Of a stretch of DNA of 64,000 nt, positions 7,487 through 15,778 are shown in pieces (the first letter of the stretch is position 1; each line of letters begins with the position of its first letter). Under the pieces are notes generated by a model. That model was not told the origin of the DNA and did not search any database. It saw only the letters and a list, made by a program, of their open reading frames with translations. The stretch is from an uncultured Bdellovibrionales bacterium (GTDB lineage: Bacteria; Patescibacteriota; Minisyncoccia; Moranbacterales; GWC2-37-73), in assembly GCA_964484505.1 (NCBI GenBank), contig CAZAFB010000001.1:9974-73973 (forward strand). The letters are read 5' to 3'. Made by a program: the position numbers and the translations under genes.

Positions 7487-8167
7487 ATGATACAATTTGA
7501 TAAAGTTTCAAAAATATATCCCGGTGATTTTGTAGCGTTGGAGAACGTTGATTTGATAATTGAATCCGGTGAATTCGTTTCCATTGTGGGGCATTCCGGG
7601 GCGGGAAAATCAACTTTTCTGAAAATGATCTATGCTGAGGAGCATCCTACTTCTGGCCATGTGTATTTTGAAGGACGTGACCTCGCTACGATAAAGAGGA
7701 AACATTTGCCTTATTATCGGCGTAATATCGGGACGGTTTTTCAGGATTTCAAACTTTTACCGCAAAAGACTGCTTTTGAAAATGTGGCCTATGCTCTGGA
7801 AGTAGCAGGAGAGCCGGCGGATGAAATAGAAGAACGTGTGCCGGAAATTTTGGATATCGTGGGTATGGGGAATAAGATGGAAAAATATCCTCGCCAGCTT
7901 TCGGGAGGTGAACAACAGAAAGTTTCTCTGGCACGCGCGCTCGTGCATCGTCCGCAAGTCATCATTGCCGATGAACCGACGGGAAATTTGGATCCGATTT
8001 CGACGTGGGAAATCGTGCAACTTTTGCTTAAAATCAACAGTTTTGGCACGACTATTTTACTGGCGACACACAATAAAGATATTGTGGATAAGGTGAATCG
8101 ACGCGTTATCGCCATGGATCGCGGTCGGGTTATTCGTGATCATGCGAAGGGAAAGTATGCTATATAA
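7487..8167 (+). CDS. ftsE: Cell division ATP-binding protein FtsE
   Basis: Walker A GHSGAGKST, ABC signature LSGGEQQ, Walker B IIADE; followed by ftsX. Confidence 0.85.
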   Translation: MIQFDKVSKIYPGDFVALENVDLIIESGEFVSIVGHSGAGKSTFLKMIYAEEHPTSGHVYFEGRDLATIKRKHLPYYRRNIGTVFQDFKLLPQKTAFENVAYALEVAGEPADEIEERVPEILDIVGMGNKMEKYPRQLSGGEQQKVSLARALVHRPQVIIADEPTGNLDPISTWEIVQLLLKINSFGTTILLATHNKDIVDKVNRRVIAMDRGRVIRDHAKGKYAI

Positions 8168-8225
8168 AAGGTTTTAATTCACAAAAATATTTCATTAACT
8201 AGAAAAAATAAAATTGCGAATAAAG

Positions 8226-9152
8226 ATGGATGATTTTAAAACAAAATTATTAAAATTGGGCAGAACATTCAAAGAGGGAATTTCCAACTTCGGTCGTAAT
8301 GGTTGGCTTAGTTTCGCAACAGTCAGCGTATTAGCCATATCACTGTATATCATAAGCGTCACGATAATACTCGGGTTGGCTGCCAATATGGTGCTGCGAA
8401 ATATTCAAGACAAGATAAATGTCAGCGTCTATTTCAATCCTAGTACATCGGAACAAACCATTTTGGAAATACGCGATAAGCTTTCTGAATTTGCAGAAAT
8501 AAAATCTATCGACTATGTTTCCAAAGATCAAGCATTGGATGAGTTTACCAAAATGGGTGATGCCGATGAATCTATCAAGCAAGCGCTTGAGGAAATTGGT
8601 ACCAATCCATTGCTTTCTTCTCTTGTTATAAAAGCAAAGACGCCTGACAAATACGAATTGATAGTTCAATCAATTAAAAATTCCAGTTTGGCTGAAAATA
8701 TTGACCGCATAAATTATCAAGAAAACAAAGCGGCAATTGAGAGATTATCTAAAATAATAAAATTGGTCGAGCAAGTCGGTTTGACTATGGGAATAGTCTT
8801 TGTCTTTATCGGCGTACTGATCACATTCAACGCGATTCGCCTTACCATGTATTCACATAAACAGGAGTTTGAAATAATGCGTTTGGTGGGGGCGTCCAAT
8901 CTGTACATCAGAATGCCCTTTGTTTTTGAAGGTATTTTCTATGGAATTTCGTCAGCCATTTTGGTAATGTTGCTTCTTTTGGCAACTACCAAATTCATCG
9001 CTCCGCTCACGCGTGGCAGTATTCCGCAGGGAGATCTCATGGGTTATTATTTTGCCCATTTTTGGCTGATATTCGCTACGCTTATTCTTGCAGGAACGGT
9101 GCTTGGTGTTATCAGCAGCTTCATCGCAATCAGAAGATATCTGAAGATATAG
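8226..9152 (+). CDS. ftsX: Cell division permease FtsX
   Basis: Four TM helices and a periplasmic domain, directly downstream of ftsE. The track's 8214 start is a TTG; ATG 8226 is preferred. Confidence 0.8.
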   Translation: MDDFKTKLLKLGRTFKEGISNFGRNGWLSFATVSVLAISLYIISVTIILGLAANMVLRNIQDKINVSVYFNPSTSEQTILEIRDKLSEFAEIKSIDYVSKDQALDEFTKMGDADESIKQALEEIGTNPLLSSLVIKAKTPDKYELIVQSIKNSSLAENIDRINYQENKAAIERLSKIIKLVEQVGLTMGIVFVFIGVLITFNAIRLTMYSHKQEFEIMRLVGASNLYIRMPFVFEGIFYGISSAILVMLLLLATTKFIAPLTRGSIPQGDLMGYYFAHFWLIFATLILAGTVLGVISSFIAIRRYLKI

Positions 9153-9223
9153 AAAAATATTTAGCTTGGAAAAAATGTCGACCGCCAATTTTTTGGCGGT
9201 CCATTTGTATAAATAGGGCAGAT

Positions 9224-10462
9224 TTAGGCTAGCAATTTTTTTAGTTCCTCCCGTTCCTCATCGTTCAGTTCCACAATGTTCTCAATAATTACGAGTAAGG
9301 CAGATTTGCTATTGCTACTGATGATATTGCTTAGCAGATTTGTCAAAAGTTTTTTTTGTTCACTCTTTAATCCCAGAAAGAAGCGAGGCTGCATTTCATA
9401 CAAAGTGCGGATTGTTCGGTCCAATAATTCATTACTTGAATTTATGATTTCTTGCGAGCGATATTCCTCAACCAACTTTTGGGCGAAATCTTTGAGAAAA
9501 GGACGGCGTTTGATGCGCAAAAAATTGGCGATTTTTCGACGCATGAGACGGAACTGCGCATCCGCCCTTGTGCCGCCGATGATTGTTTCTTGACCATCCT
9601 GCGGCTCGCTTTGAAAAGAAAAAGAGTCGAAATATTGGCTGCGAATAAAAACGCTATGATGGAATGATTCGCCGCGGTTTTTTGCGGAACTGGCTTCTTT
9701 CCATTTTTCGTGTCCGGTTGAGTCAATGTAATAGTATTTTGAAAGCTCATTGCCGCTTCTTTCTCCCCAACGCACATAAGTCACGTCAAAAACAGTACCG
9801 GTTTTTTCGTGGACAATCTGGAAATCTTCCGTGTCTGCTATTGCCGCATCATAGTCCAAAGCTTTGCCATTTATTTTTATGGAAAAATCACGATATTTGT
9901 TAAGTTTTAGGAACCAGGCAAATTCTTTGCGCAAAAATTCTTCAAATTTTTCATTCAACTGAAAGCCTGTGAGAGAATGGATGCCGGTAAAAGTGACGGT
10001 TGTGCCCATGGGTTTATTGGTTGTTTTCGGTGTGGCGTTAAGGCCGGTATAGAAATTGATGTTTTCCGCATTGGCGAATATATCATATGTCGCGTTGCCG
10101 TTACTTTTGGCATATGTCGTTTGCCAAATGGCGCTGCGGGCAAATACGAAGAAAGTAAGACGGCCAATACCATTTTTGCCATGCAGGGCGCTACGGTGTT
10201 GTTTTAGCTTATTTTCTAGGGCCTTCTTTGATTCGAACATTGGCTCGAATTTTTCTTGTAATTTGGCGTGATCGATGCCGTAACCATTGTCAGATATGGA
10301 AAGGGAAGAAAGATTGCCGATTTCATCGGAAATAAAATCGATTCTTATTTCAGAGGCATTAGCATCGAAGCCATTCCAAATATATTCGGCGATCGATTGA
10401 TAGGGCGAGAACTTCTTGAGAGCGGCTCTGATTCCGCGGGCGGTTATTTGGATTTTCGGCAT
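9224..10462 (-). CDS. GHKL-superfamily (HATPase_c_3-like) ATPase, standalone
   Basis: EYIWNGFDANASEIRIDF (N-box), SISDNGYGID (G1), GKNGIGRLTFF (G2), then a helical C-terminal half. No partner gene on the same strand. Confidence 0.6.
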   Translation of the reverse strand: MPKIQITARGIRAALKKFSPYQSIAEYIWNGFDANASEIRIDFISDEIGNLSSLSISDNGYGIDHAKLQEKFEPMFESKKALENKLKQHRSALHGKNGIGRLTFFVFARSAIWQTTYAKSNGNATYDIFANAENINFYTGLNATPKTTNKPMGTTVTFTGIHSLTGFQLNEKFEEFLRKEFAWFLKLNKYRDFSIKINGKALDYDAAIADTEDFQIVHEKTGTVFDVTYVRWGERSGNELSKYYYIDSTGHEKWKEASSAKNRGESFHHSVFIRSQYFDSFSFQSEPQDGQETIIGGTRADAQFRLMRRKIANFLRIKRRPFLKDFAQKLVEEYRSQEIINSSNELLDRTIRTLYEMQPRFFLGLKSEQKKLLTNLLSNIISSNSKSALLVIIENIVELNDEEREELKKLLA

Positions 10463-10615
10463 AGGCTTGTCTTTTAGGGGGCAGATTAATTTGTTGAAAA
10501 CTTATTGACTATATATCAATATTAGTGTACAACGAGGTGTAAGCGAGGTCCAGCAATTTAACAGCTTAATATACGAAATATACCAAAATATGCCCAAAGG
10601 GCAGGGAGGTACAGA

Positions 10616-11419
10616 ATGAAATCCATAATTTTCACACTTTTTGTAGCCATGTCAATTTTCTTTATTGGCATTGGCAAAGGCAATGCTGAAGAATATCTTT
10701 TGATTAAAGTTCAAAAAGGCGATAGTGTAGCCAAAATCGCCAAAAAAGCCGGAGTTTCTTTTGCAGTTGCCAGGGATCTGAACAAAAAGAGATTTAGGAA
10801 CTTGAACCTTATCCGCCCAGGCGAAATGGTTTTGCTTCCAGGGCCGGTTGCGCGCGAAATCAAAAAGGATATTCTCAAAAAAGATAACAAAAAGCAACTT
10901 CCTGTTGCCCAGCCAAAATTAGCCTCAAGCGATAGTGAGATGCTTACGCTCGGTGAAGTGGCATCCAATATTTTCGAAAGTGTTCTTGGAAAAACCTCCC
11001 TCGCCGGGGAATCAGGGTTATTTCTGGGAATCATATTTCTTTTCTTGTCTTTGGAATCCTTTGGTTTTGGCGCGTTTGTTGCAAAATCAAAAAAGCTGTT
11101 TTTTTCAGATGAAGATTCGGGCGGATCTCCGACTGGTTTTGATAAAAGTGAAATCGGAGAGTTCTTTGCTGTTTCAAGAAAATCGGGCAAAATAGTGTGC
11201 GTAAGAAAAAATGTTTCAGAGTTTATTGGCATAGAATCGTTAGCGGAGTATGTTTGGTCTGAATACGGCTATCCTCAAGGAGCCCAAACAAGGCTATATG
11301 ATATTCCTCGGGAATACAAGGATGATTATCTGCCTCTGGATGATTCGCAAAAAAGAATCATCCTCATAGTTATAAGGATGAAAAAAAAGGGCTCAATTGG
11401 CAACGAAAAAAACGGTTGA
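10616..11419 (+). CDS. Secreted LysM-domain protein
   Basis: Signal peptide, then LysM (YLLIKVQKGDSVAKIAKKAGVSFAVARDLN). GGAGG Shine-Dalgarno upstream. Confidence 0.65.
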   Translation: MKSIIFTLFVAMSIFFIGIGKGNAEEYLLIKVQKGDSVAKIAKKAGVSFAVARDLNKKRFRNLNLIRPGEMVLLPGPVAREIKKDILKKDNKKQLPVAQPKLASSDSEMLTLGEVASNIFESVLGKTSLAGESGLFLGIIFLFLSLESFGFGAFVAKSKKLFFSDEDSGGSPTGFDKSEIGEFFAVSRKSGKIVCVRKNVSEFIGIESLAEYVWSEYGYPQGAQTRLYDIPREYKDDYLPLDDSQKRIILIVIRMKKKGSIGNEKNG

Positions 11420-11478
11420 ATAACCGCTTATTATATGGCCGCATCAGGGACAAATTCTCTTATGCGGTCTTTACGTTT

Positions 11479-12516
11479 TTACAGAATGGGGCGTAGTATT
11501 TTCATCGCAATAAGTATCAGCCAGTCGATCCAATTCTTTTTAAAATGCTCAGGTACGAAAGATTCTGAATCCCTCTTCCATTTTTCAAATGTATCTGACA
11601 AATCCGAAAGCAGTTTTTTATTTTTGAAAAATAAGCCAAGCTCATTATTGAGGCTGAACGAGAGCAGATCGAGGTTTTGAGACCCGATGATCCCATGAGA
11701 ATCATCAATCAACAGGAGCTTGGAATGGTTCATCTTTTCTGAAAGATAAAAATGCACTCCCTGTTTATGCAAATCATGCATATATTTGTAATTCACCCGA
11801 TTCATGATGCGCCAATCGACTTTTTTGGGAATGATTATTTCCACGAGTATGCCGCGTCTCACTGCGCTATCCAAAAGGGAAATCAGCCAGCGTGGTGGCG
11901 TGAAATATGGTGTTACCATACGGATACATTTTTGTGCATGGCTGATGTTTTCAACATAGTGTCCACGCAGAGTATAGATGTTTCTGATCGGCCAGTGTTC
12001 AATCAGCCAGTTTTGGAGCTTTTGTCCCAATCTTTTTTCCCGGTAGGCGAGAATCCGTTCGTTTTTGCCGCTTGCCATTGCATAAGTATAGGCGAAAGAG
12101 CGCATCAAATTGCGCGACAGGGTGGCGCCCAACTTCAATTGCAGATCATCCCAAGTGGTGAAATGTTTGCCGATGTTGACGCCTCCGATGAAGGCTATTT
12201 TTTCATCAACGATCAATATCTTGCGATGGATATGTCGCAGCCAATGACTGAAAAAAATAATTTCCACGCCGGCTTCCTTTAATTTTTTAACAGTTTCCTT
12301 GCGTAGGTGTTTGCTGCCGAAAGCATCCGCCACGATCGTTACCTCGACGCCCTTAAGGGCCTGTTCGGTCAAAGCACCAATAAAATCATGTTCCTGCCCG
12401 GTGTCATCCAAAAAAATATACATCTCAATGCATATGGACTCTTTGGCTTTTTTTATAGCTTCCAGCATCGCATCCCAAGCCCTTATGGAAGTTGTATATA
12501 ACTGATATTTCATAAT
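11479..12516 (-). CDS. Phospholipase D-family protein with two HKD motifs (cardiolipin synthase-like)
   Basis: HRKILIVDEKIAFIGGVNIG and HSKLLLIDDSHGIIGSQNLD. Start ambiguous: track 12594, likelier MKYQ at 12516. Confidence 0.6.
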   Translation of the reverse strand: MMKYQLYTTSIRAWDAMLEAIKKAKESICIEMYIFLDDTGQEHDFIGALTEQALKGVEVTIVADAFGSKHLRKETVKKLKEAGVEIIFFSHWLRHIHRKILIVDEKIAFIGGVNIGKHFTTWDDLQLKLGATLSRNLMRSFAYTYAMASGKNERILAYREKRLGQKLQNWLIEHWPIRNIYTLRGHYVENISHAQKCIRMVTPYFTPPRWLISLLDSAVRRGILVEIIIPKKVDWRIMNRVNYKYMHDLHKQGVHFYLSEKMNHSKLLLIDDSHGIIGSQNLDLLSFSLNNELGLFFKNKKLLSDLSDTFEKWKRDSESFVPEHFKKNWIDWLILIAMKILRPIL

Positions 12517-12655
12517 GTAGTTGTAACACTTTCTGGTTTCAAATGCAATTAGATTTTGCAAATTTTGGCATGTGAAACCCATGGTACAGGGCAAGTTTCA
12601 ACTTGATTCTTTTCGTGTTTTAATATATGATAGATTTCGTGACATAAAGATAGGA

Positions 12656-12727
12656 TGGGGAATAGCCAAGCGGTAAGGCATCGGGTTCTGGTCCCGACAT
12701 GCGGGGGTTCGAATCCCTCTTCCCCAA
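12656..12727 (+). tRNA. tRNA-Gln (anticodon CTG)
   Basis: TGGGGAA-TA-GCC-AAGCGGTAA-GGC-A-TCGGG-TTCTGGT-CCCGA-CATGC-GGGGG-TTCGAAT-CCCTC-TTCCCCA-A. Close to the E. coli tRNA-Gln architecture, including the 3-bp D-stem. Confidence 0.8.
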
Positions 12728-12735
12728 CATTAACC

Positions 12736-12765
12736 AGAAATCCACTCACGTGGATTTTTTTGGTG
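12736..12765 (+). terminator. Rho-independent terminator after tRNA-Gln
   Basis: aaatccac-tcac-gtggattt hairpin followed by ttttt. Confidence 0.6.
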
Positions 12766-12849
12766 TCTAAAATGCTGAAATTCAAAAGGTTTAGTTGGCT
12801 GGTGGGGTGGACTGTGCATAACTTCCAAAAATGCCTTAAATAAGGAAAG

Positions 12850-12891
12850 TTGACCTGAGTTGGCAAAATGATATAATATCACTATAGTGAT
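12850..12891 (+). promoter_or_regulatory. Sigma70-like promoter (TTGACC, 16-bp spacer, TATAAT), followed by a 14-bp palindrome ATCACTATAGTGAT
   Basis: -35 at 12850-12855, -10 at 12872-12877. Perfect palindrome 12878-12891 overlaps the expected TSS, upstream of rmuC. Confidence 0.45.
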
Positions 12892-12943
12892 TGTTTCATT
12901 TGGGGTAGAATAGACTGGTAACAATAAAAATACTAAAAAACAT

Positions 12944-14032
12944 ATGAACTCAATTCTTCTAGTGCTTATTTTGATCGGCTTTGCAATCGTAATATTTTTA
13001 CTTACGAGAAAAAAAGATGATGGTGCCAGCGCGGAAGCAAAGCAGCAACTGGCTATTTTGATGGATCGGATTTCGACCCTTGGTCAGCAAAATGAACAGC
13101 TCCGAGCGGTGATGGATGAAAAACTTTCCCAGACGCATCAGGCGACGCAGCAGCAAATAAACCACACCATGCAAACAGTGCAAGGAATAACGGGGCAATC
13201 AGCCAAGCAGATAGCGGACGTGGTGGCCGGGCTTACGAAGCTTGAGGAGACAAACAAGCAAGTCGTCAATTTTTCAGCTCAGCTGCAAAGTTTGCAAGAC
13301 ATTCTTAAAAATCCGAAGCAGCGTGGTGTGCTCGGTGAATATTTTTTGGAAGAGACGCTTAAAAATGTGTTGCCGCCTAATTCCTACAAGATGCAATATG
13401 CTTTCAAAGACAATGTGATTGTGGATGCCGCCGTATTTGTCAAAGACAAAGTTATTCCGATCGATTCCAAATTTTCTTTGGAAAATTATGAAAGGATTTT
13501 GAATACGTCCGATTCCTCGGAGAGGGAATCTTTGGAAAAATCTTTCAAGCAGGATCTCAAAAACCGTATCGATGAAACATCGAAATATATCAAGCCAGAT
13601 GAAGGCACGATGGATTTTGCTTTCATGTTCATTCCTTCGGAAGCTATTTACTATGACTTGTTGGTAAACAAAGTTGGAGCGGTGAAAATCGACACGCGTT
13701 CAATGATTGAATATGCTTTCCGTGATAAACACGTCATCATCGTGTCCCCGACTTCTTTCTTGGCATATTTGCAAACGGTCTTGCAGGGCTTGCGGGCGAT
13801 GGAAATTGAGGAAAACGCCAAGGAAATTAAGGCTAATGTAGTGAAATTGCAAAAACATATTGTTACAGTCGATACTTATATGCAAAAAATGGGAACTTCA
13901 CTCGCTACGACAGTCAGTCATTACAACAATACTTTCAAAGAGTTGGGCAAAATGGATAAGGATGTAGTGAAAATTACCGGCGGTGAAAAAAGCATCGAGC
14001 CATTGGCAATCGATAAACCTACTTTAGAATAA
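12944..14032 (+). CDS. rmuC: DNA recombination protein RmuC
   Basis: N-terminal TM, long coiled-coil Q-rich region, then the RmuC C-terminal domain (FAFMFIPSEAIYYDLL...). Confidence 0.7.
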   Translation: MNSILLVLILIGFAIVIFLLTRKKDDGASAEAKQQLAILMDRISTLGQQNEQLRAVMDEKLSQTHQATQQQINHTMQTVQGITGQSAKQIADVVAGLTKLEETNKQVVNFSAQLQSLQDILKNPKQRGVLGEYFLEETLKNVLPPNSYKMQYAFKDNVIVDAAVFVKDKVIPIDSKFSLENYERILNTSDSSERESLEKSFKQDLKNRIDETSKYIKPDEGTMDFAFMFIPSEAIYYDLLVNKVGAVKIDTRSMIEYAFRDKHVIIVSPTSFLAYLQTVLQGLRAMEIEENAKEIKANVVKLQKHIVTVDTYMQKMGTSLATTVSHYNNTFKELGKMDKDVVKITGGEKSIEPLAIDKPTLE

Positions 14033-14126
14033 TGAGTTATGAAGCAGGAGGCATTAATTATGAATCCATAAAATTTAAATATATTTTTTTGTACTTTTGT
14101 ATAATTTTGTAATTTTGTAGGGGCTT

Positions 14127-14330
14127 ATGGAACAGGAAATTTTACAAAAACTCGAAGATCAACAAAAGAAAATAGATGCGACATACGCTTCAGTGGAGAA
14201 GTTACGCAAATATTTTTTGTGGACGCTGATTGTCACGGTTGTGACTTTCGTGTTGCCGCTGATTATTGTGCTCATAGCGCTACCTTGGATGATTAGTACA
14301 ATTACAAATGTGTATAGTGGTCTTCTTTGA
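14127..14330 (+). CDS. Small membrane protein, hypothetical
   Basis: 67 aa; C-terminal TM segment. Confidence 0.35.
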   Translation: MEQEILQKLEDQQKKIDATYASVEKLRKYFLWTLIVTVVTFVLPLIIVLIALPWMISTITNVYSGLL

Positions 14331-14392
14331 TGTGTTTAGAGCCGTACTTGCATATGTCAATAAACACGCAAGTGCATATTGAAAATAGATAA

Positions 14393-14432
14393 AAAATAAA
14401 AAAGGTGACGTTTTGCGTCACCTGATTTCATT
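14393..14432. terminator. Bidirectional rho-independent terminator
   Basis: ggtgacg-ttttg-cgtcacc hairpin with an A-run upstream and T-rich downstream, between convergent genes. Confidence 0.6.
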
Positions 14433-14475
14433 TCACGGTGTGTGTAGGTTCGTTGTTGAATAGATAAAAATAAAT

Positions 14476-15027
14476 TTATCTTTGCGCCAAGATGATGGCC
14501 TCCCTGGTTCTTTTTTCAATAACTTGAGCCATCATGCGCTTTTTTCCCCATTTGAGTGCTTTGCGTAGGGCCGGTTTACCCCTGCCCATATATATGTCAA
14601 TTTTACGTCCCTTTATGGAGCCGCCTCCGTCTTCTGCTTCGAAGTCATAATACACTCTTTCCTCAATGGGCAACTTCGGATCATAAAGTCGAAGTCTGGT
14701 GCCCGGGGGAAAAACTTTTGGATCTGTTGCGATTGTTCGACCTTCTTGCGGTGCTTCTTGTTTATATTTTGTTACCTTTCCACTGCCGTTCAATCTGACA
14801 TCTCCCTCAAAACTTCCCGTAGCATATTCACCATCCTGATTGCGGGTGGGGGCATAATAAGCTGAAGTTTTGACACGTACTTCTTCTGAAACTACGAATT
14901 CAGTAGTGACCTCTCGGGTTTTCGTCCGTTGGGGCTTCGATTCAAGCCTTAAATGAGCGTTAGAAACGCTACTTAACGGATTTACACACACCAATAGCAT
15001 AGCAGTCAAAATGGCTGCTACTTTCAC
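14476..15027 (-). CDS. 3D (Asp-Asp-Asp) domain protein, MltA/YuiC-like cell-wall-binding or lytic transglycosylase-like
   Basis: ATDPKVFPPGTRLRLY...GGSIKGRKIDIYMG is the 3D-domain signature. A GTG start is inferred from the upstream AAGGAGGT (the track extends to 15078). Confidence 0.6.
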   Translation of the reverse strand: MKVAAILTAMLLVCVNPLSSVSNAHLRLESKPQRTKTREVTTEFVVSEEVRVKTSAYYAPTRNQDGEYATGSFEGDVRLNGSGKVTKYKQEAPQEGRTIATDPKVFPPGTRLRLYDPKLPIEERVYYDFEAEDGGGSIKGRKIDIYMGRGKPALRKALKWGKKRMMAQVIEKRTREAIILAQR

Positions 15028-15271
15028 CCTGATACCTCCTTTTTCTATTATTTTTTTAAAAAGCTTATATAAAAACAAAAAAACGGGTGCCTTGCGGCCG
15101 CTCGTTTTCAGTTGTAGATATTCTATACTACGCTAAGGCTTTTGTCAATGTTTCATTGCTAAAAATGAAATAAAATAACTTGTTGCTAGTATTAATGGAC
15201 AAAATGGCTCACGTGGAGGCTCTTTTGGTGTTGTTTTGGGGATTATTAATAATCGAAGAGAGAACAAAGCT

Positions 15272-15718
15272 ATGGTAGAAAAAACAAGGGGAGATGTAAC
15301 TAGAATGAAGGCTGATGTGATTATTAATGCTGCCAATACGCAGCTTTATCACGGTGGTGGTGTCGCTCGTCAATTAGTGTTGGCAGGTGGTGAAATAGTG
15401 GAAAAAGAAAGCGCCGAAGTTGGTTTTTGCCCCTTGGGTTCGTTTGCAATTACTTCTGCCGGTGATTTGCCAGCCAAGAAAATTATCCATATTCCGACCA
15501 TAGACTACATTCAAGGGCATGAAAAAATATCCTATGAGGATTTGGAAAAAGCATGGCGTGATGTTTTACAATGGAGTATTAGTAATGATCACGTCAGAAT
15601 AAATGTGCCTCTTTTGGGGACGGGAGTTGTGGGGTTAAATAAGAACAAAGTGGAAGATTTGCTGGAAAGGGTTGCGGAAGAATTTCCGGAATTGATTGTG
15701 AAAATAGTTATGCATTAG
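15272..15718 (+). CDS. Macro-domain (ADP-ribose-binding / O-acetyl-ADP-ribose deacetylase-like) protein
   Basis: ADVIINAANTQLYHGGGVARQL...ITSAGDLPAKKIIH matches the Macro consensus. Alternative start at 15236. Confidence 0.6.
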   Translation: MVEKTRGDVTRMKADVIINAANTQLYHGGGVARQLVLAGGEIVEKESAEVGFCPLGSFAITSAGDLPAKKIIHIPTIDYIQGHEKISYEDLEKAWRDVLQWSISNDHVRINVPLLGTGVVGLNKNKVEDLLERVAEEFPELIVKIVMH

Positions 15719-15778
15719 TTTATTTTGCCGATATTGAAAAAGTGGGTTATAATAATTTAAAGAAACCCACTATTTTTT

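Noticed and set aside
15079-15235. NotI-like GCGGCCGC palindrome / hairpin at about 15095-15125 as a terminator
   Set aside because: It lies upstream of both divergent genes (3D-domain protein and macro-domain protein), so it sits in a promoter position, not a terminator position. I could not resolve a clean stem.
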